Under the pieces are notes generated by a model that saw nothing but the letters and a program-made list of their open reading frames with translations, did not search any database and was not told the origin of the DNA. From NCBI GenBank assembly GCA_030603495.1, contig JAUVXR010000001.1:202474-266473 (forward strand): 64,000 bases of DNA, given 5' to 3'. This DNA comes from a bacterium. Lineage in GTDB: Bacteria; Armatimonadota; Zipacnadia; Zipacnadales; Zipacnadaceae. Positions 21,445-30,204 of this stretch are shown piece by piece (positions within the stretch are counted from its first letter, which is position 1; every line of letters starts with the position of its first letter). Made by a program: the position numbers and the translations under genes.

Positions 21445-21507
21445 CGTTGTCTGTCGTTACCTGCCTCCATCTGCCGTTGTCTGCCCCTATCTGGTGTTGT
21501 CTGCCGT
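21445..21507. repeat. Degenerate 10-bp tandem repeat, six units
   Basis: CGTTGTCTGT / CGTTACCTGC / CTCCATCTGC / CGTTGTCTGC / CCCTATCTGG / TGTTGTCTGC. CTG recurs at 21451, 21461, 21471, 21481, 21491 and 21501. Confidence 0.7.
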
Positions 21508-21591
21508 ATTGCGGCAGGGGAACCTGGCCGGGCCGGCGAAAGTCTCATATGCTACAAGAACAGCACGCCCGTGTTCGGGAGTTGAACAGCA

Positions 21592-22680
21592 ATGTATCAG
21601 GCAGCGGTATTTGCCGTGATCCTGTTTGTCAATGGCGTACAGATCCCCATGTCGGCCCCGGCAGTAGTCGAGGGTGAGACTACCTGGATACCGCTCCGAG
21701 CCGTCTTCGAGGAACTGGGCTGGGAGATAAAGTGGGATGACGCCACCAAGTCAATCAATATCACCGCGCCGGATCAACCGGAAATCCGCATCCAGATCGA
21801 CAACTCCAAGGTGAGAATCGGCACCCGACTGGACGATTTTGCCGCCGCTCCCCGGCGCCGCGACGGCGTGACCTATATTCCCGCGAGCCTGCTCAAGGTC
21901 ATACCGGGAGTGCAACTGCGGTGGGACAATGAGAAGAAAGCCCTGCATATTGACGCTGTGCCCACCGGGCGTCCTGTCGCCGTGACCATCGGCGAACTGG
22001 TCGCCAATCCGCCTGGTTGGCTGAACAAGACAGTGACCCTCACCGGAGAGTACACCGGCTGGCAGGGCGACCCCTTTAGCCCCACCACCAGCCAGGGCCC
22101 GCCCGTGACGCGCAGTGATTGGACCGTCCGCGACGCTACCGGGTCCATATACTGCACCGGCGGCTGCGATACCCGCGGCGAACGCCCCATATCACTGATG
22201 CCCTATGAAGACTACGGGCGGCGCATCACCCTGACCGGTGCGGCCCGCCTGGCCGTGGACGGCTACCCGTACCTCGAGCCGACCGCAATCGCGCCGGTAA
22301 GCGGCCTGGCCGGCTTGACCTGCTTCGTGAGTACCGACCGCCGCCAGTACCAGCCCGCCGATACGCTCGTCATAGAGATGACCGTGGCCAACCCCTTCGC
22401 GGAGACAGTAATGCTCCAGTTCACATCCGGTCAGACCTATGACTTCATCATTCGCGACGCGAAGGGCAACAAGGTCTGGCAATGGTCGGACGGCAAGGTC
22501 TTCACAATGGCCTTAACATCCCGCGAACTGAAAGCGGGAGAAAGCTACCGGGTCTCGGCCCAGTGGACCGTGCCGACAGGTGATAAGGCACTTGCCCCGG
22601 GGCGATACCGTGTCTACGGCATTGTCAATGCCGACGTTTCAGCCTACCCCCATACCATCGCGATTGCGGCACAAGACTAG
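21592..22680 (+). CDS. Secreted protein: copper amine oxidase N-terminal (stalk) domain, central OB-like domain, BsuPI-type Ig domain
   Basis: Hydrophobic N-terminus; TWIPLRAVFEELGWEIKWD and RRDGVTYIP (CuAO-N); LQFTSGQTYDFII..KVWQWS..FTMAL (BsuPI family). Confidence 0.72.
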   Translation: MYQAAVFAVILFVNGVQIPMSAPAVVEGETTWIPLRAVFEELGWEIKWDDATKSINITAPDQPEIRIQIDNSKVRIGTRLDDFAAAPRRRDGVTYIPASLLKVIPGVQLRWDNEKKALHIDAVPTGRPVAVTIGELVANPPGWLNKTVTLTGEYTGWQGDPFSPTTSQGPPVTRSDWTVRDATGSIYCTGGCDTRGERPISLMPYEDYGRRITLTGAARLAVDGYPYLEPTAIAPVSGLAGLTCFVSTDRRQYQPADTLVIEMTVANPFAETVMLQFTSGQTYDFIIRDAKGNKVWQWSDGKVFTMALTSRELKAGESYRVSAQWTVPTGDKALAPGRYRVYGIVNADVSAYPHTIAIAAQD

Positions 22681-22706
22681 CCACATATGAGCAAAGAACT
22701 CGCGGA

Positions 22707-23666
22707 GTGATGCCAGTGGCTGGGCCGAAAGGCATAGAGAAGTCAGTCTTAGTCTACCTCATCCTGGCGGGAGTGGTACTCGGTGGCCTGGCCGGCTGGA
22801 CAGTCCGGGCTAACCGACTTCGCTCCCCCCTAGAGTTGCCCCCAACTGAACTGATTGACGCCGCTACGGCTGACAAAGAGCAGACGCTCGGGCATCCCCT
22901 CGTCTTCACTACCGAGGACACCCCGCCGGCGGCCACACCCGACCTACTCTCCGCCGAGGCCCCACAGATCTACTGCTTTTACCGCTTCCCCGACCTCCCG
23001 CCGGACGCCCAGGTGACTGCACACTGGTGGCACAACGGAGCAGAGCTTGGCCCTATCGAGAGGACCCCGCCCGACCAGCCCGAACTGGTGCGCGGGCGGC
23101 AAGATATGCAAGATATCCCAGAGGTGCCGGAGGGAGCAAAGGAACCATCAGAGCGCGAGGAGCATCTGCCGCACCTAGTCCTCCGGCCGCCAGGCGAGGC
23201 TGAGGCGTTCGCGCCAGGCATTTACGAAGTAGAACTACGCGGCCTCGGCCAGGAGCTGGGGCGGGGCTCGTTTGCAGTGGCGGAGGGCGCGGAGGAGATT
23301 CTGGCTGCCCAGCCCTCGGAAATGGGGCAGACGCGGATCATCAACTGCCTCACCGCCCGCCGCTTAAGCGCCAAGGGCGAACCCGAGCAACCCCAGAAGA
23401 CCTTCCGCGGCACCGACAAGGTCTTCGTGGCCTTTACCTACATCAACGGCACAGCGGGCGGGGTCTTCCGCGTCGAGTGGTACTGTCAAGAGCAACTCAT
23501 TGAACAGGCCACCCAGGAGCTTGAGATCAAGGGCGGGGCCGGGCGGGGATCCGCCTGGCTCAAGGCGGCAGAGCAGCGTCTTCCCGCCGGCGAGTACCGG
23601 GTGGCAATATTCCTGCAGGGAGTATCACAACCGCTGGCGCAGGCCCGATTCACAGTGCAGGACTAG
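22707..23666 (+). CDS. Membrane-anchored hypothetical protein with two predicted beta-sandwich domains
   Basis: N-terminal TM helix; two similar blocks (IYCFYRF...AHWW...PGIYEVEL and VFVAFTY...VEWY...AGEYRVAI); RBS CGGAG. Confidence 0.7.
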   Translation: MMPVAGPKGIEKSVLVYLILAGVVLGGLAGWTVRANRLRSPLELPPTELIDAATADKEQTLGHPLVFTTEDTPPAATPDLLSAEAPQIYCFYRFPDLPPDAQVTAHWWHNGAELGPIERTPPDQPELVRGRQDMQDIPEVPEGAKEPSEREEHLPHLVLRPPGEAEAFAPGIYEVELRGLGQELGRGSFAVAEGAEEILAAQPSEMGQTRIINCLTARRLSAKGEPEQPQKTFRGTDKVFVAFTYINGTAGGVFRVEWYCQEQLIEQATQELEIKGGAGRGSAWLKAAEQRLPAGEYRVAIFLQGVSQPLAQARFTVQD

Positions 23667-23712
23667 GACGACGGAGAACGGCTGAGGACACGTCCAGGGA
23701 ACACCCGTGGCC

Positions 23713-23741
23713 TTGCCTGTGCCGGCGCAGGACTGTATAAT
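23713..23741 (+). promoter_or_regulatory. sigma70 promoter
   Basis: TTGCCT-N17-TATAAT with TG extension, upstream of the CDS at 23797. Confidence 0.6.
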
Positions 23742-23796
23742 TCCCCTGTAATGTGCATCCTGGCTATCGGCGCACGACTCAAGGAGGGAGCCTGAA

Positions 23797-24213
23797 ATGA
23801 GTGAGAACGATCAGGGCCAGCAGTTCGAGCAGGGCGCGCAGCCCCCGGCCACGCCCCCCGGTCCGCCGACCCCACCCCCGCCCACCGCTCCCATACCCCC
23901 GCCGGTAGCGGCGAATACCTCGGGTACCGGCGGCCCCGTCCCCGAGGAAATCAAGGGCTGGAACTGGGGCGCATTCTGGCTCAACTGGATCTGGGGGATC
24001 GGCAACAACGTCTGGATTGCGTTGCTGGCCTTCTGTCTGCCGCTGATTTGGCACATCGTCCTGGGCGTCAAGGGCAACGAGTGGGCCTGGCAGCACCGCC
24101 AGTTCGACAGCGTCGAGCAGTTCAAACAGACCCAGGCCGTGTGGTCCAAGTGGGGCTGGATAATCGGCCTTGCGATAGTCGCATTTTGGGCTCTGGGGAT
24201 GATCATACAGTAA
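23797..24213 (+). CDS. Small Trp-rich membrane protein with Pro-rich N-terminus (WNWGAF family)
   Basis: Strong RBS GGAGGGAG; KGWNWGAFWLNWIWGIGN...GNEWAW...FKQTQAVWSKWG, a recurrent uncharacterised membrane domain. Confidence 0.75.
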   Translation: MSENDQGQQFEQGAQPPATPPGPPTPPPPTAPIPPPVAANTSGTGGPVPEEIKGWNWGAFWLNWIWGIGNNVWIALLAFCLPLIWHIVLGVKGNEWAWQHRQFDSVEQFKQTQAVWSKWGWIIGLAIVAFWALGMIIQ

Positions 24214-24395
24214 TGGTTGGTGCGTGGGCGGCACTATCTTCCAGAGACAGCGACCAGCCCGGCCCATACCCGATTGAATCGTAGCCACAAAGCGAAGATG
24301 AACCAAGCCTTCACCGACCCTTCCCTAGTCTGCCGGCGAAGACTGTTTGCTCCGGGCAGGCCACGGGCGCATAGTAGGCGCTGCTCCCGCCGCCT

Positions 24396-24977
24396 TCAGG
24401 CCTGTTCCGGCACCAGGTAATCTGCTATTGCCTGCCCCAGCACCTGGTAGCCCTCGGGGGTAAAGTGGACGCCGTCGGGCGCCAGGAGCGCTTCGGGATC
24501 GTTATCCATCACTGCACGGTACAGGTCTATTGACTCCACGCCCCTCTCCGCCATCACGGCATCGGCGATCTCATTGTACGCGATGACATCCTCGTTCCCC
24601 CGCCCGAACGCCTTGACCGCCTGGTGGCGCTTGTCAATCACTGGTGTCGTCCGCGCCCAGATCAGCCGTGGCAAGTAGGCCAGCCCCTGCAACCGCGCCA
24701 CGATGTCCCGCAGATTCGCCTCGTATTGATCCGCCGGTGTGGCCAGCTTGTCCTCCTCCCGCGCGACATCGTGCAGCCCACAATTGAGCAAAACCACGTC
24801 CGGGTCATATCCCGCCAGCCAGTCGTCCAGACTCTCGACGATGCGCGTGGAGGGCCCGGCATTCGCCGGGCAGTGCATTACTGCATACGTCTCAGCGAGT
24901 GACTCTACCAAGACCACAAGAAGATAGCCCAGCGAGATCGAGTCGCCGATAGAGTAGAGCATCTTATACTTACGCAT
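24396..24977 (-). CDS. SGNH/GDSL hydrolase
   Basis: Block I IGDSIS, block III LNCGLHD, block V DGVHF. Confidence 0.9.
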   Translation of the reverse strand: MRKYKMLYSIGDSISLGYLLVVLVESLAETYAVMHCPANAGPSTRIVESLDDWLAGYDPDVVLLNCGLHDVAREEDKLATPADQYEANLRDIVARLQGLAYLPRLIWARTTPVIDKRHQAVKAFGRGNEDVIAYNEIADAVMAERGVESIDLYRAVMDNDPEALLAPDGVHFTPEGYQVLGQAIADYLVPEQA

Positions 24978-26157
24978 GGCTGACTTCGCCTCCCCGTGGC
25001 TCCCCGTCCAACTCCAGCGCGATCACCGAGATGTGCGGATCAGGGGGCGCTTCCGGCAGCGCCGGAAAGATGACCCGATCGCCCTCCTGGACGAACTCAA
25101 GCTCCTCCCCAGTGGTCAGCAGCCGGGCATTTTGCACCGTGTTATCCAGCTCGCTGAAAGCCCACTGCTGCCCCGGCCACAGCAGCATATGCAGATACAG
25201 CGTATTCCCCTGGGCGGTAGCGCCGCCGTTGACGAAAGTGCCGTGGCTGCCATACTTGCAGCGCTGCGCTCCGTAAATCGCCTCGCCGTGCCGCGCCAGC
25301 CACCGGCCCATCTCGCGCAGGATCTCCTGCTGCGGCTCGGGGATAGCACCGTCGGCCCTCGGCGAGATGTTCAGCACCAGATTGCCACCCCCGCCAGCGA
25401 TGTGCACCAAGTCCAGCAGCAGTCGCGTGGGCGGCTTGTAGTACTGCTCGTTGCAGTAGAAGCCCCAGCGGTGGCCGACAACCAGGCAGCTTTCCCACAT
25501 CCGGCCTTCCTCGAAAGCCTCGATTGTCTGCTCCGGCGTATCGAAATCGGCAGGCAGCAAGCCACGATTGTTAATCAGACAGTCCGGCTGGAGCTCGCGG
25601 ATCATCTTTGCCAGTTTCTCCGCTCGCCAACAGGCCGCACATCCCGGGCCACCGCCGTCAAACCACATCACGTCAAGCGGCCCGTAGTTGCTGCACAGCT
25701 CGCGGACCTGCCCGTGGACATACTCGATAAACCCGGGCCACTCGTCCGACTCCGGCCCCGCCTGCCAGCCGGGATGATGCCAGTCCGCCAGCGAGTAGTA
25801 CAAGCCCGCGCGCATTCCCCCCGCCCGTGCTGCCTCAACGTACTCAGCGATCAGGTCGCGTTTGGCCGCGCTTCTTGGCGCAGTGAAGTCTGACAAGTCG
25901 CTGTCATACAGACAGTAACCGTCGTGGTGACGCGCGGTCAGCACCATATACCGCATCCCTGCCTCCTGGGCCAGACTCACCCAGTCTCTCGGATCCCAGT
26001 CATCGGGCGCGAACTGGTCGGCGTACCGGCGATACTCCTCGAAGGGCATTTTCTCGTCGTGCAGCATCCACTCAGCGTGCGCCGGCACGGAGTATATCCC
26101 CCAGTGGATAAACATCCCAAACTTCGCTTCGTTGAACCAACTGGCATCCGGTGGCAT
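24970..26157 (-). CDS. GH29 alpha-L-fucosidase
   Basis: WFNEAKFGMFIHWG, LTARHHDGYCLY, YYSLADW, nucleophile MWFDG, GGNLVLNISP. Confidence 0.92.
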   Translation of the reverse strand: MPPDASWFNEAKFGMFIHWGIYSVPAHAEWMLHDEKMPFEEYRRYADQFAPDDWDPRDWVSLAQEAGMRYMVLTARHHDGYCLYDSDLSDFTAPRSAAKRDLIAEYVEAARAGGMRAGLYYSLADWHHPGWQAGPESDEWPGFIEYVHGQVRELCSNYGPLDVMWFDGGGPGCAACWRAEKLAKMIRELQPDCLINNRGLLPADFDTPEQTIEAFEEGRMWESCLVVGHRWGFYCNEQYYKPPTRLLLDLVHIAGGGGNLVLNISPRADGAIPEPQQEILREMGRWLARHGEAIYGAQRCKYGSHGTFVNGGATAQGNTLYLHMLLWPGQQWAFSELDNTVQNARLLTTGEELEFVQEGDRVIFPALPEAPPDPHISVIALELDGEPRGGEVSHA

Positions 26158-26348
26158 ATTTCGGTCCTCCTCAGGTGATAGGCGTTCCGTGTATCATTCC
26201 ACCATCCGCCGGATTCTCCTTCGCGGCATGAGTAGACTATTGACCGCCGCAACCTTGACCTGGTGCCTCTTGACTCGTACTACCCTCGGCGGATAATCTT
26301 TACGCAAGTGATGAGGGACTATCGCCGATAGCAAGGAGAGCGGCCCAA

Positions 26349-26852
26349 TTGGCACAGCAGCTATTTGAGGCACTGCGCAACCTGTCTCCGGAGTGGGTCG
26401 TTGTTATTCTTTCCGCCGCGCCCATCAGCGAGGTGCGCGGCGGCATTCCGGCAGGAATGATTATGGGTATGCCGCTGGCCCATATCCTGCCGCTGGCAAT
26501 AATCAGCAACGTGGTCTCGGTCATCCCTGTGGTCCTGGGCTTCAACTGGGCCGCCGAACGACTGGCGGACAAGCCACTTCTAGGAGGGTTGATCACCCAC
26601 CTAATTCAGCGGGCCCGCTCCAAAGAAGCAATGGTCGAAAAACATGGTGTGTGGGCGGTCACGCTGTTCGTCGCCATCCCGCTGCCGGTGACCGGCGCTT
26701 GGACTGGCAGCGTAGTCGCGGCGGTCTTCGGCATGCGCTTTGAGCGGGTGCTTTTCTGCCTGACCATCGGTGTAATGATCGCCTCGGCGATTGTCACCTT
26801 GCTGATGCTCGGCGGCACCGAGATCTTCAGCGCAATCTCTGGCACCCCGTGA
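26349..26852 (+). CDS. COG2426-type membrane protein (putative small multidrug export family)
   Basis: PISEVRGGIP, LFVAIPLPVTGAWTG; four TM helices; TTG start after AGGAG. Confidence 0.85.
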   Translation: MAQQLFEALRNLSPEWVVVILSAAPISEVRGGIPAGMIMGMPLAHILPLAIISNVVSVIPVVLGFNWAAERLADKPLLGGLITHLIQRARSKEAMVEKHGVWAVTLFVAIPLPVTGAWTGSVVAAVFGMRFERVLFCLTIGVMIASAIVTLLMLGGTEIFSAISGTP

Positions 26853-26887
26853 CGCACCAACGGCAGGCCGCAGCCGACCGTTGGGCA

Positions 26888-26917
26888 TTGACTGGCGAAG
26901 GCGGGCTGTGGTATATT
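26888..26917 (+). promoter_or_regulatory. sigma70 promoter upstream of the structured leader and cdaA
   Basis: TTGACT-N18-TATATT with TG extension; the -10 is bracketed by the inverted repeat CTGTGG/CCACAG. Confidence 0.65.
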
Positions 26918-26920
26918 TGC

Positions 26921-27077
26921 CCACAGTGAAAGGTCCCACACGTTCGGAGCGACGCGGAAAAGATCGTAGTGCGCTGTCGCCAGGACGGTACGTCCTGAGC
27001 ACTGGTTCGCGGAACCTTCCTTTCGTGGGAAGGCCACACCCTGTTTGAGGGACAGGCGCGGACCTCGCGGACTGGTG
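26921..27077 (+). ncRNA. Candidate structured RNA (unidentified leader or small RNA)
   Basis: Non-coding. The ends pair (AGGTCC/GGACCT; CACAGT/ACTGGTG) and enclose the hairpins CAGGAC/GTCCTG, CCTTCC/GGAAGG, CCTGT/ACAGG and GCGAC/GTCGC. Begins at the predicted transcription start. Confidence 0.45.
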
Positions 27078-27097
27078 AAAGGAGCATGCCAGAATAG

Positions 27098-27910
27098 ATG
27101 TCTGTGCTGCAAAGTGCTTGGGAACTGCTCAGCCACATAAAGCCGCGTGATGTTGTAGACATCGTGCTGGTGGCCATGCTCGTGTACTACCTGGCTCGCT
27201 TGTTCCGCCGCACGCGGGCCACATCCCTGGTCAACGGTCTGGTGGTCGTGTTCCTCGTGGTCCTGCTTTCTACCGGCCTGCCTACCCTCAACTGGCTACT
27301 GCGCGGGTTGACCGTTGCTGGTGTGTTGGCACTGGTTGTGATCTTCGGCCCGGAGCTACGCCTGGCCCTGGAACGGCTGGGGCGCGGCGGCCTCTTCAGC
27401 AGCGCCCTGAGCCCGATGGGCACTCAGAGGCAGCAGTCTGCAGTAAACCAGGTCGTAGACGCCGCCTACCGCCTCTCGGAAGAAGGCTACGGAGGCCTCA
27501 TCGTCCTGGAGCGACAAAGCGGCCTGATGGATATCATCCGCACCGGCAAGACCCTTAACTCCCGGCTCTCCGTGGAATTGCTGCTCACCATATTCTACCC
27601 GGGCACGCCGTTGCACGACGGCGCAGTGGTCATCCGCGAGGACGAGATCGTCGCTGCCGCGTGCGCCCTGCCGCATTCAGAGAGCCCCGGCCTCTCGACC
27701 AGTACGGGCATGCGCCACCGCGCTGCTCTGGGGCTCGCCGAGCGTACCGACGCCGTCTGTGTAGTCGTTTCCGAGGAAACAGGCGCTGTTTCAATCGCGG
27801 TCAACGGGGCCTTATCACCGCGCATCGAGCGTCCCCAGCTTACCGAACGTCTCATGGCGCTGTTCGAGGCCGAGCAGGAGCAGTTCGGCTTCTTCTTCTG
27901 GCGCAAGTAG
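27098..27910 (+). CDS. cdaA: Diadenylate cyclase CdaA/DacA
   Basis: Three N-terminal TM helices, VIFGPELRLALERLG, catalytic PLHDGA and GMRHRAA motifs. Confidence 0.96.
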   Translation: MSVLQSAWELLSHIKPRDVVDIVLVAMLVYYLARLFRRTRATSLVNGLVVVFLVVLLSTGLPTLNWLLRGLTVAGVLALVVIFGPELRLALERLGRGGLFSSALSPMGTQRQQSAVNQVVDAAYRLSEEGYGGLIVLERQSGLMDIIRTGKTLNSRLSVELLLTIFYPGTPLHDGAVVIREDEIVAAACALPHSESPGLSTSTGMRHRAALGLAERTDAVCVVVSEETGAVSIAVNGALSPRIERPQLTERLMALFEAEQEQFGFFFWRK

Positions 27911-27936
27911 TATCAAGCCGGCCGCGGGTACGAGAT

Positions 27937-29055
27937 ATGAGGAATGTGGCGCGAAAAATCGCCGAAGCCATCGAGAACGAGTGGCCACTCAAGATTCTTT
28001 CCCTGGCCCTGGCCCTCGTACTGTGGGGATATGTCATCACCACAACAAACGCTCCCACCCAGGAGCAGAGAACGCTGGCAGTGGAAGTGGTCAATACTCC
28101 AGGGAGACTGATCCCTACCACCATCCAGCCGGGCGAGGTCGAGGTGACCTTCCAGGGGCGCCGCCGGTCCCTGGCCGCGGCTGACCTGAGCGAGGTTACC
28201 GTCATCGCCGACCTCACCGACCTGAACGACGAACAGATCGGTGAGCACCGTATCCCACTGCAGACCCGGCCACTGCCAACTGGCATAAGCGCGGTCCTGA
28301 GCAAACCGATGGCCCGCATAACGCTCGACCAAAAGGGCTCCACCGAGCGACCCGTGGAAGTTGAGCTTTTGGGAAAACAAGCACCAGGATTCCAGATGGG
28401 CGCCCCCCGCGCCAGTCCTACCCAAATAGCCATCGAGGGGGCCAACAGCGCCCTGCGTGAGGTGGCGCGGGTGGTGGCGGTAGTAGACGTCTCCGGCTTC
28501 AACTCTACCGTGCAGAAGAAGATTACCCCAGAACTACGTGACGAACGGAACGTGCCGATAACCGGCCTGCAGACAGGGCCAGCTACGGTCGAGGTCACTG
28601 TGCCCATCACCAAGCTGGCGACCAAGACCGTCCCCATCATACCCCGACTAAGCGATCCGCCCGGCGGCTACCAGATAGAGTCAGTGCAGACCAGTCCGAG
28701 TACAGTCACCATAGCTGGAGACGAGAGCACTATCGAGGAGATCGAATCGGTCAACACAGCCCACATCAACATCAGCAACTTGCAGGGCAAGGCGACGTTC
28801 ACGCCCAACCTGGTCTTCGATGCCGACGTGAGATCAATGGGGGTGAGCGCAGCGACAGTCACAGTTACCACCAAGCGCGTGGCGCTGCCACCACCATCGG
28901 AGCAGCCCGAGCCGGAAGAAGGTGAGCCGGGTACGGATTCATCTGGATCTGCGCCACCGGCCTTGTCGCCAGACACTGACACGGAAACACCTACCGACGA
29001 AGCCCCGCTGGCTGATGATACCGAGGACGCTGCCGGGGCGGACGAGACTGGATAG
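27937..29055 (+). CDS. cdaR: CdaR/YbbR-like regulator of CdaA
   Basis: LKILSLALALVLW anchor, repeated YbbR-type blocks (P..V.I.G), acidic Pro-rich tail; directly downstream of cdaA. Confidence 0.88.
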   Translation: MRNVARKIAEAIENEWPLKILSLALALVLWGYVITTTNAPTQEQRTLAVEVVNTPGRLIPTTIQPGEVEVTFQGRRRSLAAADLSEVTVIADLTDLNDEQIGEHRIPLQTRPLPTGISAVLSKPMARITLDQKGSTERPVEVELLGKQAPGFQMGAPRASPTQIAIEGANSALREVARVVAVVDVSGFNSTVQKKITPELRDERNVPITGLQTGPATVEVTVPITKLATKTVPIIPRLSDPPGGYQIESVQTSPSTVTIAGDESTIEEIESVNTAHINISNLQGKATFTPNLVFDADVRSMGVSAATVTVTTKRVALPPPSEQPEPEEGEPGTDSSGSAPPALSPDTDTETPTDEAPLADDTEDAAGADETG

Positions 29056-29072
29056 GCACGTTCAGTAAACGG

Positions 29073-30185
29073 TTACTGCTCGCCAAGCAATCGCTGCAGG
29101 CGCTCGTAGTTGAACTTTGTTGCGGGAAACTCGGGCGTCTCCTCGTACATCTCCTCCCACTGTTTAAAGCTGGCCTCAAGCTGCCCGAGTCGCTCCAGAG
29201 CATGAGCATACACCCGCCACCCGACCCCCTTTGCTCCCAACTCGACGGCTTTACGCAGATAAGGCAGCGCCAATTTATACTTCTTGAGGTTGAAGTAGTG
29301 CCAGCCGAGGTAGTAGTGGCTCAGGGGATTGTCCGGCAATATCTGAATGGCGCGGTGGTAAGTGCCGATCGCTTCGGTGTTGTAGCCCAGGCTCCACTGC
29401 AGCCAGGCAACGTCGCTGTAGGTTTCGACCAGGTCCGGATCCATCAGCAGGATAACCTCCAGGCAGCGGATGCACTGGCTGTAGTCTCCCCAATGCCACC
29501 ACCAGTCCGACTCGGCTTTAAGAGCTCCGATCACTGCCTGCCAGATTGCGGAGGCTTCGCCGGTCGAAACCGAGGCCTCCTCCTTGTCGGCCGCCGGCGG
29601 GAGCACCGGCGCAGGCTCGGCCAGGGCTGCCGCTATCGTACGGTTGATGAAATCGGGCTGCCCGGGCTGCATGGCCTGGAGCGCATGGCGAGCCGAGTCC
29701 GAGTTCAGCCGACTCAGGCCCAGCACTGCGTAGTAGCGAATCCAGGTCGGCTCGCCAATCAGCGCCGCCTCGGCAGCCTTCTGCCCGCGCTGATCACCCA
29801 GACATGCCAGCGCGATGCCGGCCTGTATGCGCACATCGCGGCAGCCGTCACGAGTGGCCTGAACCAACGGCGCGCAGGCGGACAGATGCCCGATCTGACC
29901 GAGGAGAAATGCCGCCCGCTGGCGCTGCTCCGTGTCGCCCTCGCTGAGCAAACTGGTTAGCACTGGGACCATCTCGCTGTGCCCCCACATAACCGGCAGG
30001 GGGGCCCATTCCGGACGATCCGTCCGCATTGCCAGCTCTTCTAGCTCCGGCGCATGGATGCCAGCTATTCCGAAATCGGGAGCTTCTTCCGACGCAGCAC
30101 TGTCGGCCTCCGGGGCTGCGCCCGCAGACCGTACCAGTAGCACAAGCAGGCAAGCCGTGACAATAATTCGGGGCATATCCTGCAC
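29073..30185 (-). CDS. Exported HEAT-repeat plus TPR protein
   Basis: Signal peptide; HEAT-like repeats (RQRAAFLLGQIG, VRIQAGIALACLG, IRYYAVLGL); C-terminal TPRs (AIGTYHRAI..PDN..SHYYLG..ALPYLRKAVEL). Confidence 0.8.
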   Translation of the reverse strand: MQDMPRIIVTACLLVLLVRSAGAAPEADSAASEEAPDFGIAGIHAPELEELAMRTDRPEWAPLPVMWGHSEMVPVLTSLLSEGDTEQRQRAAFLLGQIGHLSACAPLVQATRDGCRDVRIQAGIALACLGDQRGQKAAEAALIGEPTWIRYYAVLGLSRLNSDSARHALQAMQPGQPDFINRTIAAALAEPAPVLPPAADKEEASVSTGEASAIWQAVIGALKAESDWWWHWGDYSQCIRCLEVILLMDPDLVETYSDVAWLQWSLGYNTEAIGTYHRAIQILPDNPLSHYYLGWHYFNLKKYKLALPYLRKAVELGAKGVGWRVYAHALERLGQLEASFKQWEEMYEETPEFPATKFNYERLQRLLGEQ

Positions 30186-30204
30186 TCCTCACTGGCCCCG
30201 CGGC

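Noticed and set aside
26888-26930. GACTGGCG resembling a ZMP/ZTP riboswitch
   Set aside because: It overlaps the -35 box; the CGGGGAGC and 3' CGCCTGGG elements are missing, and the downstream gene is unrelated to purine/folate metabolism.
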